Source: a virus. From it: a stretch of 57,118 nucleotides of DNA. Under the pieces are notes generated by a model, which ran no database searches, was not told where the DNA came from, and saw only the letters and a list, made by a program, of their open reading frames with translations. A program made the translations under genes and the position numbers. This document shows positions 17,526 through 24,832 of the stretch, piece by piece; the first letter of the stretch is position 1, and each line of letters begins with the position of its first letter. The DNA lies in the IMG/VR virus record IMGVR_UViG_2049941001_000001, positions 1 through 57,118 of that record; one strand, written 5' to 3'.

Positions 17526-17572
17526 AGAGTGCCAAACCTTTTGATTTATTGGTTTGGTGCTCTTTTTATTTT
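17526..17572 (+). terminator. Intrinsic terminator of the tRNA operon (AGAGYGCC family)
   Basis: 13-bp stem AGAGTGCCAAACC/GGTTTGGTGCTCT plus TTTTTATTTT; extra upstream copy AGAGCACC. Confidence 0.8.
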
Positions 17573-18005
17573 CTGCCAAAAACTGAATATCAGCGGCGCT
17601 ATGCGCACGACCCGCTTAAAAACTCGTGCAGGAATCCGCACCGATGCAGAAACGGCGGAGGCAGAAAGCCGAGAGTGGTATATCGGCTCTTCTACCTAAG
17701 TGGCGTTCGGGAGCTAAAGCCACAATAAAATAACAACAGCTTCGGGGGAGGTCCAGTTGAGGATTCATACAGTGGAATGGTCTGGAATGTTCCGCGCGGT
17801 GCGCCAAATGCACCACGGCCTGTATGATCGGCCTGAAATGGCTGATACTGCATACCACGTTTGAGAGGCGACGAAGCGGCTCCGGCCAGCAAATCGTTCT
17901 GACGCAGAAACCTCTTCTTCGGAGGGATAACTGCGTTCAATCAGCTTCCTCGCTCACCATCCAGCAATTTCAAAATCATATTTGAAGGGAGCAAGCAACA
18001 GCAAG
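17573..18005. ncRNA. ORF-free 430-nt region with multiple hairpins (candidate structured RNA or long 5' UTR)
   Basis: No credible ORF in six frames; hairpins at 17667-88, 17700-23, 17792-818 and 17901-37; direct repeat CGGCCTG-N6-CGGCCTG. Confidence 0.3.
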
Positions 18006-18272
18006 ATGAAAAAGAAAAACCGCAGGCCTAGATTCTACGCTATCAAAAAAGGGCTTCGGTCTAACGTGGTTGTTGATACATGGGATGAAGCTCAAAGGCT
18101 TACCGTACATTTTTCAGGCGCACAGTTCAAGAGCTTTTATACCATGCAAGAAGCTCAAGCCTATCTTGCAGGAAAAGGCAATGGCTGTGAAACAATCAGC
18201 TTCGATGAATTATCGCGTATGCAAAAGGAGGAAAAAGATGGAATGCCCGCAAAACCGCATATCTGCTGGTGA
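18006..18272 (+). CDS. Stand-alone RNase H1 N-terminal (hybrid-binding/viroplasmin) domain protein
   Basis: FYAIKKG...VVDTWDEAQ..V.....FKSF.T..EAQAYL pattern; weak RBS. Confidence 0.6.
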   Translation: MKKKNRRPRFYAIKKGLRSNVVVDTWDEAQRLTVHFSGAQFKSFYTMQEAQAYLAGKGNGCETISFDELSRMQKEEKDGMPAKPHICW

Positions 18273-18780
18273 AAGAACGGCGCAGAAAGTTCTTGACGTG
18301 TGTGGAGCCAAATATGAACGTGAAAAGACTTATGATGGGCTAAACAGTCATAATGGATTCCCATTGAAGTTTGACTTTTTTGTCTATGGCCCTGAAAGGA
18401 ATTTTCTGATAGAGATAGACGGGCAACAGCACAATGTGCTCTCTAAACGCATTCAGTCCAGAGCGTTTGGCAAACTGCAAAGGTCGGAGACAGATGTTGC
18501 TAAAAATATTTACTGTTTGGAACATCATATCCGCCTCTATCGCGTTCCCTATATAGCCACGCTAACACCAGTTTCGCAATCCATGCGCACTATTTTGCGC
18601 CGCGAGGGAATCCAGACAAAGACGGGAGGAGCGATTGATGACAGGCTGGCGCTGAAAATGATTGTAGCCGACGCGGAGTTTTGCCCATTTGAGGATGACG
18701 AACTTTTTGCGCTTGCGGTTCATCGTCACGGAAAATTGTATAACTTTCAACTGAAAGATCGTGTAAAGGAGCGTACATAA
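18238..18780 (+). CDS. PD-(D/E)XK (Vsr/DUF559-like) endonuclease-like protein
   Basis: FDFFV ... LIEIDGQQH ... D.AK ... RLYRVPY; AGGAGG RBS; overlaps the upstream gene by 35 nt. Confidence 0.55.
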   Translation: MECPQNRISAGERTAQKVLDVCGAKYEREKTYDGLNSHNGFPLKFDFFVYGPERNFLIEIDGQQHNVLSKRIQSRAFGKLQRSETDVAKNIYCLEHHIRLYRVPYIATLTPVSQSMRTILRREGIQTKTGGAIDDRLALKMIVADAEFCPFEDDELFALAVHRHGKLYNFQLKDRVKERT

Positions 18781-19067
18781 TGAGCGCATATAAAGACGTA
18801 GGCGGTGAAAAGGCCTATATCGGTGATATATCGCACGGCCTTGCGGACGTGATTTTCTGCAATTCTTTCAAAAATCTGAAAGACGCTGTGGGGAGAATCA
18901 AAGAATCTCATTTGGCGCTTCAATACGTCGAAGCCGATTGGATTGGTGACTGTTGGGAAAAGGATTCGCAAGGCAATATGGCACTACTGCCTGTGTATGG
19001 CATAAAGATCATCGGCGTTCCTGCCGGAGACGCTTTGAATTTACCTGATTGGAAAAAGCCGCTATGA
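18780..19067 (+). CDS. Hypothetical protein
   Basis: ORF track. Confidence 0.55.
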   Translation: MSAYKDVGGEKAYIGDISHGLADVIFCNSFKNLKDAVGRIKESHLALQYVEADWIGDCWEKDSQGNMALLPVYGIKIIGVPAGDALNLPDWKKPL

Positions 19068-19243
19068 AGTGCCCACATCTTCCGAAAAGTGTTACCGTTG
19101 AGGAAACGGCGCAGGAGTTTGACGATAACCAATGCTGCACGAACCTCACGACAACGACGGTCAAGAACATCGAGCTGCCGGACTGCCTGCGGGAAGATTG
19201 TGCGGCATGGAACGATGGGCATTGCGCATATAGGGGGCGCTGA
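19064..19243 (+). CDS. Cys-rich small protein
   Basis: ATGA coupling; six Cys. Confidence 0.45.
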   Translation: MKCPHLPKSVTVEETAQEFDDNQCCTNLTTTTVKNIELPDCLREDCAAWNDGHCAYRGR

Positions 19244-19244
19244 T

Positions 19245-19898
19245 ATGCTTGAACTAAACGGATTTTACAATATGGACTGTATGGTAGGTATGAAGCAGTT
19301 CCCGGATAAATATTTTGAGCTTGCAATTGTTGACCCGCCGTATGGAATAGGTGAAGACGGACAAAAAGAATGCGTTTGCAAAAATCCGAAGCACAATAGG
19401 AAACTTCATATTAAAAAAACATGGGATAAAAAAATCCCATCAAAAGACTATTTTGATGAATTACGGCGTGTATCTCAAAATCAAATAATTTGGGGCGGAA
19501 ATTATTTTACGGCATTCTTACCTGATGGCCACAAAGGATGGATTGTATGGGATAAAGGCCAACACGGTTTGACAATGAGCGATTGCGAACTTGCCTATTC
19601 TACTTTTGACTGCCCAACGCGAGTGGTAACAATTAACCGAGTCGAACTTTTAAAAGATGGCACGATTCATCCAACGCAAAAGCCTGTAAAACTCTACGAA
19701 TGGCTATTGCAACATTACGCAAAACCCGGAGACAAGATTCTCGACACCCACGTTGGAAGTGCGTCAAGCCTGATTGCCTGCTATGAAATTGGGTTCGATT
19801 ACATAGGCTTTGAACTTGACCCGGACTATTTCAAAGCGGCGAGCGAACGTTTAGATGCTGCGAAAGCGCAACAATCTCTATTCAGGCAGGGAGCATAG
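19245..19898 (+). CDS. N6-adenine/N4-cytosine DNA methyltransferase (DPPY)
   Basis: IVDPPYGIG motif IV and C-terminal DTHVGSASS (motif I-like, beta-class order). Confidence 0.8.
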   Translation: MLELNGFYNMDCMVGMKQFPDKYFELAIVDPPYGIGEDGQKECVCKNPKHNRKLHIKKTWDKKIPSKDYFDELRRVSQNQIIWGGNYFTAFLPDGHKGWIVWDKGQHGLTMSDCELAYSTFDCPTRVVTINRVELLKDGTIHPTQKPVKLYEWLLQHYAKPGDKILDTHVGSASSLIACYEIGFDYIGFELDPDYFKAASERLDAAKAQQSLFRQGA

Positions 19899-19899
19899 C

Positions 19900-20103
19900 A
19901 TGGACGTTAAGGCCGTGAAGGACGCTCTGAACACGCACGTCAAGCTAAAAGGAAGCGACGCAGATTATCTTTTCACAGGATACATATTTCGCAAGAGCAA
20001 GAATGGATTCATCCATCAAGCGGAACTGCTGGACGTGAAGAACGGAAACAGTGTGACGATTGCGAAGCTGGATGATGTTATTGAAATGGAGGGCCTAAAA
20101 TGA
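19900..20103 (+). CDS. Hypothetical protein
   Basis: ORF track. Confidence 0.5.
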   Translation: MDVKAVKDALNTHVKLKGSDADYLFTGYIFRKSKNGFIHQAELLDVKNGNSVTIAKLDDVIEMEGLK

Positions 20104-20315
20104 GTAATATCGGTATTACAACAAAACTGGAACCCAAAGAAAACAGCCGGACATATTATTTTCCTGATGGAAGCAAAGTGGAATTAAAGGGCATTATTGA
20201 ATTGACGGTAAGAGATAGCGGTACGCATCGTCTTAAAACCGAGGATGGTAAACTACATATTATTCCTACTGGCTGGAATCACATTGAAATTGAAACTACT
20301 GATTGGACAATATGA
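20100..20315 (+). CDS. Hypothetical protein
   Basis: ATGA coupling. Confidence 0.5.
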   Translation: MSNIGITTKLEPKENSRTYYFPDGSKVELKGIIELTVRDSGTHRLKTEDGKLHIIPTGWNHIEIETTDWTI

Positions 20316-20324
20316 AGGGACTAT

Positions 20325-20774
20325 ATGAGTTTGGACATTGTTCCTGTGTCTTTGGCAGAAGCGAATGAATTCGTATTAGAGCATCATCGGCATCATAACC
20401 CAGTTGTCGGTCACAAGTTCTCCATTGGATGTGCAGACACGGAAACCGGAAAAATCGTGGGCGTCGCCATTGTGGGCAGACCAGTATCCAGATACCTTGA
20501 TGATGGATGGACATTAGAAATAACGAGGCTTGCCACAGACGGAACACGAAACGCTTGTAGTATGCTCTATGCAGCGTCGTGGAGAGCGGCTCGCGCAATG
20601 GGATATAAGAAAGTCATTACCTACATACTGGAATCAGAAAACGGTGCAAGCGTCAAAGCAGCTGGGTTTAAATGCGTTGGTGAAGCTGGTGGTCTAAGGT
20701 GGACAGGAAAGCGAAAACCGTCCGTTGATCTCTGCCCGGCACAAATGAAACTAAAATTTGAGAGAATGGCTTAG
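20325..20774 (+). CDS. XF1762-family (GNAT-like) phage protein
   Basis: A.EFV.EHHRHH....GHKF..G....GVAIVGRPV...LDDGWTLEITRLATDG pattern. Confidence 0.55.
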   Translation: MSLDIVPVSLAEANEFVLEHHRHHNPVVGHKFSIGCADTETGKIVGVAIVGRPVSRYLDDGWTLEITRLATDGTRNACSMLYAASWRAARAMGYKKVITYILESENGASVKAAGFKCVGEAGGLRWTGKRKPSVDLCPAQMKLKFERMA

Positions 20775-20792
20775 AGAAAGTAAGTGATAGAC

Positions 20793-21587
20793 ATGAGCGA
20801 TAAAGAGAATATAGAGTATACAGGCGACGCAATCGCTGACATGGCTCTCGGCATAAAGAAGCGCGGCATGATGAAGTCGGATGCATATACCGAAGACCTT
20901 CAAAGCAGGGGGCCTGAAACGCCGGATAACGTTGGAACCGACGCAAAGATCATGCGCATAGCAAAAGGGCAAGGCATTAAGCTGTTTGAAAATCCCCAGG
21001 AGCTTGCAACATCTCTGACTGGATTTGAAAGCTGGTGCCAGCAGAAGAATATAGTCCCTTCTTATGCTGCTATTGCTACATATCTATCTTGCAGTAAGGC
21101 TACTGTCCTTAAATATATGAAAGACAGTACCCAATACTCTATATATATCTTATATGATAATATAGAGAATAAAGATATATACTCTACCACAAATAAAGAA
21201 TATCTGGATAAGTATATCTCTACGCATAATGTAGTTGAGAGAGATAATACCACAGGGAAAAACGTTACATACTCTATTCAGGATAAACTCGATAACGGAG
21301 AGTATAAAATAATTTACACGAGTGCGAGTTTTGCGGAAGTGATGGAACCGGCTTGCAATTTAATTGAACTCATTACGACCAATAAGGCTTGGTCCATGCG
21401 CAATCCTTCGTGGCCCATATGGTTAAGCAAGAACAAATTCGGCGCGACAGAGCAATACACAGACGAGCAACACATTAGTTTCCAGCCTGCCAATCCTTTG
21501 GACGATATGTCAGACGAGGCAATTTTGAAGGCCGCACAGAGCCTGCCAGACGACGAGAACGGCACTCCCGAAAAGTCTGGCGCATAA
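20793..21587 (+). CDS. terS: Terminase small subunit with an AT-rich central insertion
   Basis: HTH-like SYAAIATYLSCSKATVLKY and C-terminal WLSKNKFGATEQYTDEQ resemble TerS; 5.3 kb from terL. Confidence 0.55.
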   Translation: MSDKENIEYTGDAIADMALGIKKRGMMKSDAYTEDLQSRGPETPDNVGTDAKIMRIAKGQGIKLFENPQELATSLTGFESWCQQKNIVPSYAAIATYLSCSKATVLKYMKDSTQYSIYILYDNIENKDIYSTTNKEYLDKYISTHNVVERDNTTGKNVTYSIQDKLDNGEYKIIYTSASFAEVMEPACNLIELITTNKAWSMRNPSWPIWLSKNKFGATEQYTDEQHISFQPANPLDDMSDEAILKAAQSLPDDENGTPEKSGA

Positions 21588-21696
21588 GGAAGGCCGCGCA
21601 TAAGCGCATATTTATTCAAAAGCTCGGCGCATAACGCATAAAATTACAAAGCGGCCGGCGCATAAGGAAGATGGAGCCAAAAGCTTGACGCATAAG
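21580..21696. repeat. Seven copies of (G/A)CGCATA(A/T) spanning the terS stop to the -35 of the next promoter
   Basis: Copies start at 21581, 21597, 21605, 21628, 21635, 21659 and 21689; one more at 21233 inside terS. Confidence 0.8.
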
Positions 21697-21713
21697 AGCC
21701 GCTGTGCTATAAT
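21685..21713 (+). promoter_or_regulatory. Sigma-A promoter
   Basis: TTGACG-17 nt-TATAAT with a TGn extended -10. Confidence 0.75.
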
Positions 21714-21756
21714 CATTTTGTAAAAATTTTCTGGGCTGGAACGGGAGGGCCGCGCA

Positions 21757-22071
21757 GTGGCGATTATTGATGATGCGGTGGCTACCTATCAAGAGACGCA
21801 CACCATCAAAGGCGTTGCACGCGAGCTCGGCATCAGCGACCAAAAGGCGCGGAAGCTACTAATTACCGCCGGCGCGGTTCAGCCGGAAAAGTCGCGGGAG
21901 GCGCTGCTTTACCTCTCACGTGGATTGAAAAAAGAGGAAGCCGCACAAAGACTGGGAATCTCGGTTAAGGCGCTCATCAGCTACTTGCCGTATAGTCGCA
22001 CGGCATACAACCAGCAGACGCGCTCCAAGAACGCCGAGAGGCTGTCAGCGTGGAGAAAAAGGCACCGCTAG
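21757..22071 (+). CDS. Double-HTH DNA-binding protein (GTG start)
   Basis: Two HTH-like segments (VARELGISDQKARKLL; AAQRLGISVKALISYL); GGGAGGG RBS. Confidence 0.55.
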   Translation: MAIIDDAVATYQETHTIKGVARELGISDQKARKLLITAGAVQPEKSREALLYLSRGLKKEEAAQRLGISVKALISYLPYSRTAYNQQTRSKNAERLSAWRKRHR

Positions 22072-22164
22072 TTTTACCGGCGGCGTGGATTGAAGCGAAT
22101 ACGGGACGCCACAAAGGCAAGAGTTAAAGCTTTAACAAGTCATAGCAAAGCAAATGGCCGGGGC

Positions 22165-22311
22165 TTATCGCCTCGGCTCTCTTTTCTTCTGGTCTTGCTT
22201 CCTATGGAAAAGGCGGAATCCGGTTCTCCGCTTCTTCGGCGGGCCGGGCTTTTGTCCCTCGCTGTCGTCCTCGTCGTCACCGAAAAGGATCAGAAACTCG
22301 CCATCATCCAT
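22165..22311 (-). CDS. Possible small charged protein (48 aa)
   Basis: ATGGATGA overlap with the upstream stop; acidic then basic halves. Confidence 0.3.
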   Translation of the reverse strand: MDDGEFLILFGDDEDDSEGQKPGPPKKRRTGFRLFHRKQDQKKREPRR

Positions 22312-22690
22312 TGGCGCTCCATCCCTCCGTGGCCATGTCGCCGTTTCCGTCCGCCTCTAATTGCCCTGCAAGATCGTCGGGGAGGTTGACGCGCTTGTGG
22401 TCGGCGTACTCAATAAAAGCTCCGTCGTATGCCTCGCCTAAATGGCCAGACGAGATATGCCACCCGTCAAGCACTTCGCCGTTTACCGCCACGTATCCGC
22501 AGTAAAAATCGGCAGGCTCTACATAGTCATCCGGATTGAGCCGGGCCGTAAAGATGTTTTGCGGCTCCCGCTCGGGATGCTCTGTCGTTGCCTTGAAGAT
22601 GACAAGATCAACATCCGCCCCGCCAAAGTTTGCATGGTAACACTTTGCCTTTCCCGCCCCAACCAGTCTACTATAAGTCTGCATACCCAT
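22304..22690 (-). CDS. Hypothetical protein
   Basis: AAAGGA RBS before ATG 22690. The track start at 22765 is a TTG inside a recombinase remnant. Confidence 0.55.
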   Translation of the reverse strand: MGMQTYSRLVGAGKAKCYHANFGGADVDLVIFKATTEHPEREPQNIFTARLNPDDYVEPADFYCGYVAVNGEVLDGWHISSGHLGEAYDGAFIEYADHKRVNLPDDLAGQLEADGNGDMATEGWSANG

Positions 22691-22721
22691 AATGCCAAAT
22701 CCTTTCCGCCCATAAGGGCTG

Positions 22722-22796
22722 TTAAATAGTGTTTTCGGCTCCCACCGTGTTTTCCAGTTTGACAAAATTATAAAACGTGTTGCGAGTTAGGTCAAG
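22722..22796 (-). pseudogene. Remnant of a second serine-recombinase 3' end
   Basis: Encodes LDLTRNTFYNFVKLE..., matching LSLRRNTFYNFVKLE at the C-terminus of 23036..23608. Confidence 0.5.
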
Positions 22797-23046
22797 CGGT
22801 CAAAACAATTTTTCTTCCAGGCTGGATTTCAATCCCTGCGACGTGTTGCGCCAATGAATCCGTAAAATCGGACACAAGCCTCCGCCCTGCGGCGTTGTCT
22901 GAAATGTAGACTGTTTTATCCCATGTGGGCGGCCTGCTAATTGCCTGCCCCGGCGCGTAATACTGCACGTTGAAATAAATCGTTTTCCCGTCTATCCACG
23001 GGAATGACCTTACTTTATATCCGCCTATCCATCTATCAATTTCCAT
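22792..23046 (-). CDS. Hypothetical protein, paralog of 11160..11432
   Basis: GGYKVRSFPWIDGKTIYFNVQ shared. Confidence 0.6.
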   Translation of the reverse strand: MEIDRWIGGYKVRSFPWIDGKTIYFNVQYYAPGQAISRPPTWDKTVYISDNAAGRRLVSDFTDSLAQHVAGIEIQPGRKIVLTA

Positions 23047-23608
23047 AGTCTGCCGCCTCCAGCTTCACAAAATTGTAAAAGGTATTCCGCCTCAAGCTAA
23101 GCTCCCCCATCGCCTGCTTAGCTGTGATTTGCCTGCTTTTCCACCTGCTATAGACATCCGCCCAGTTCTCCGGCTTCTCGATGCGCTTCCGCCCCTTGTA
23201 TACGCCTTTTTGCTTTGCCAGCGCAATTCCTTCTGCCTGCCGCTCGAGGATGTTCGCCCGCTCGAATTCGTTGATAGCTGCGATCATTGTCAACATGAGC
23301 TTCCCTGTCGGTGTGGCCGTATCGAATGATTCTTTGATGCTTTTCAGCTTCACGCCCTTATCCTGTAGCCGTTGGATAATGGAAAGCAAGTCGGACACGG
23401 AGCGGGAGAGCCTCGAAAAGTCCTCAATGAATACCGTGTCGCCGTCTCGAACATAGTCGAGCATGGCCTTGAATTGTGGCCGGTCAGTATTCTTTCCGCT
23501 GCACTTATCCGTGAACCATTTATCTATCTGGAATGGGGAAAGGGCCGCTATCTGCCGTCCTTCGTTCTGCTCAACCGTTGACACCCTTATATAGCCCACA
23601 TTAGCCAA
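23036..23608 (-). CDS. Small serine recombinase (resolvase/invertase type)
   Basis: YIRVSTVEQ catalytic Ser motif, DRPQF, C-terminal HTH; AGGAGG RBS before TTG 23608. Confidence 0.85.
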   Translation of the reverse strand: MANVGYIRVSTVEQNEGRQIAALSPFQIDKWFTDKCSGKNTDRPQFKAMLDYVRDGDTVFIEDFSRLSRSVSDLLSIIQRLQDKGVKLKSIKESFDTATPTGKLMLTMIAAINEFERANILERQAEGIALAKQKGVYKGRKRIEKPENWADVYSRWKSRQITAKQAMGELSLRRNTFYNFVKLEAADYGN

Positions 23609-23864
23609 CGCTTTTCGCCTCCTGCCGCTCCGCTTCTGCTGTAATTGCCTTGCCGTGCCATTCAACCGTCCATGCTTTACCCATCCGCTTTAAATGCTCT
23701 TTTGCGTCTGCGACTTCCTCCAGCACCGCCGGATAAACCTCCGAAATATGGTCGGCCTGAATCCCAAAGCGGCCACACTCGAAACAATAGACAGTCAAAC
23801 GCTCGTTTATTGTGCGGCACGGAATTTGCAGGCGCTTACACTTTTTACAGTTGCCCTTACACAT
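23601..23864 (-). CDS. Cys-rich zinc-binding protein (87 aa)
   Basis: CKGNCKKCKRLQIPC...CFEC; AGGAGGA RBS. Confidence 0.55.
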   Translation of the reverse strand: MCKGNCKKCKRLQIPCRTINERLTVYCFECGRFGIQADHISEVYPAVLEEVADAKEHLKRMGKAWTVEWHGKAITAEAERQEAKSVG

Positions 23865-23902
23865 GATAAATCCTCCTACAATAGATTTATGGGGGCGGGC
23901 CG

Positions 23903-23983
23903 TTAATGACGACTCGCCGGGACAAACCAAACCAGAAGACAGCCAAGGCCCGCGCCTGCTCCCATAGCAATTAAGAAAATCAT
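23903..23983 (-). CDS. Tiny hydrophobic peptide (26 aa)
   Basis: GGAGGA RBS; MIFLIAMGAGAGLGCLLVWFVPASRH. Confidence 0.4.
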   Translation of the reverse strand: MIFLIAMGAGAGLGCLLVWFVPASRH

Positions 23984-24041
23984 GCTGATTCCTCCTTATA
24001 AAATTCTTTTGGAAGTGGGCCAAGCGTGACCCACTGGGCGG

Positions 24042-24731
24042 CTATTTCAAAAGTTCCTTTATTTCGTTCAGATCAGTTTCGGGAATCGGAAAGTATTTCC
24101 AGTCGTGCCCGTATTTGTAGCCACATACCGGGCAGGCACGGCCAAGTAATCCATCTGGATGTTCTTCCGGCGTAAGCCATCCGAGCGCTTTTTCCTCGTA
24201 CGGCGGCTTGATGCAAGATCCGGGCTTGTAATAGTCCTTGATATTATCCGGCAAATGCTCCGACGGCGTTTTAATTTCATATTCAAGCGCCGCGAAAAAG
24301 TGCTGTTCATCCGTGGGCGTAAACGTTGCGCCTGCTTTAAGTGCTTCCGCTGCGGCCTGCTCTGTTTTGTTCTGCTCTGTGATTGCTTCGGTGGTCATGG
24401 AGAAACAATAGATTTTAACTTTCTGCCCGGCTTTTTCAGCCCATCCGAGCGCGTGCTGATGTTCACATTCCGGGTGCATCCCGTTCAAGTGATACAGTCT
24501 CCAAAAACGAAGAATCTTTTTGAATTCCGGCGCGTGAATGTACTTTGCCAAGTCATCCAAGCACTGACCACCCATTACAATATCAGTGTGTGGGCCGTTC
24601 CAAACGTTGGCGCTGGCGGAGAATTCCGGTCCTTTATCTGTATCTTTCAATTCTACCTCAACCTCTACCGCGTTAATCCTGCGGCCCGTGCCGTTAAAAT
24701 CTATCTTGCCAAAATTGAAAACTTTTGTCAT
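24042..24731 (-). CDS. Hypothetical protein
   Basis: AGAAAGAGG RBS before ATG 24731; C-terminal CPVCG. Confidence 0.6.
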   Translation of the reverse strand: MTKVFNFGKIDFNGTGRRINAVEVEVELKDTDKGPEFSASANVWNGPHTDIVMGGQCLDDLAKYIHAPEFKKILRFWRLYHLNGMHPECEHQHALGWAEKAGQKVKIYCFSMTTEAITEQNKTEQAAAEALKAGATFTPTDEQHFFAALEYEIKTPSEHLPDNIKDYYKPGSCIKPPYEEKALGWLTPEEHPDGLLGRACPVCGYKYGHDWKYFPIPETDLNEIKELLK

Positions 24732-24832
24732 AGTAATGTACCTCTTTCTTTTCGTCGTGCTGCGTGGTACAATTACCATGCAGCCGGGTTTGTAGTGGTT
24801 CTCGGTTTGCCCCTTGGCCGTTCACTGTGCTA

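Noticed and set aside
17573-18780. Retron-like system (structured ncRNA plus RNA-DNA hybrid-binding protein plus nuclease)
   Set aside because: No reverse transcriptase gene is present, and no msr/msd-type inverted repeats flank the region. It is kept only as an unclassified ncRNA plus gene-pair observation.
21580-21696. Possible CRISPR-like array (repeated GCGCATAA units)
   Set aside because: The units are only 7-8 nt long with irregular spacings of 7-30 nt. There are no spacer-sized unique inserts and no cas genes. The array fits protein-binding repeats, not CRISPR.
22123-22136. The 14-bp perfect palindrome GTTAAAGCTTTAAC as a recombinase crossover site
   Set aside because: I found only one copy and no matching partner site at the other cassette boundary. 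It may simply be a convergent-transcription hairpin. It is mentioned under the cassette finding rather than called as a site.
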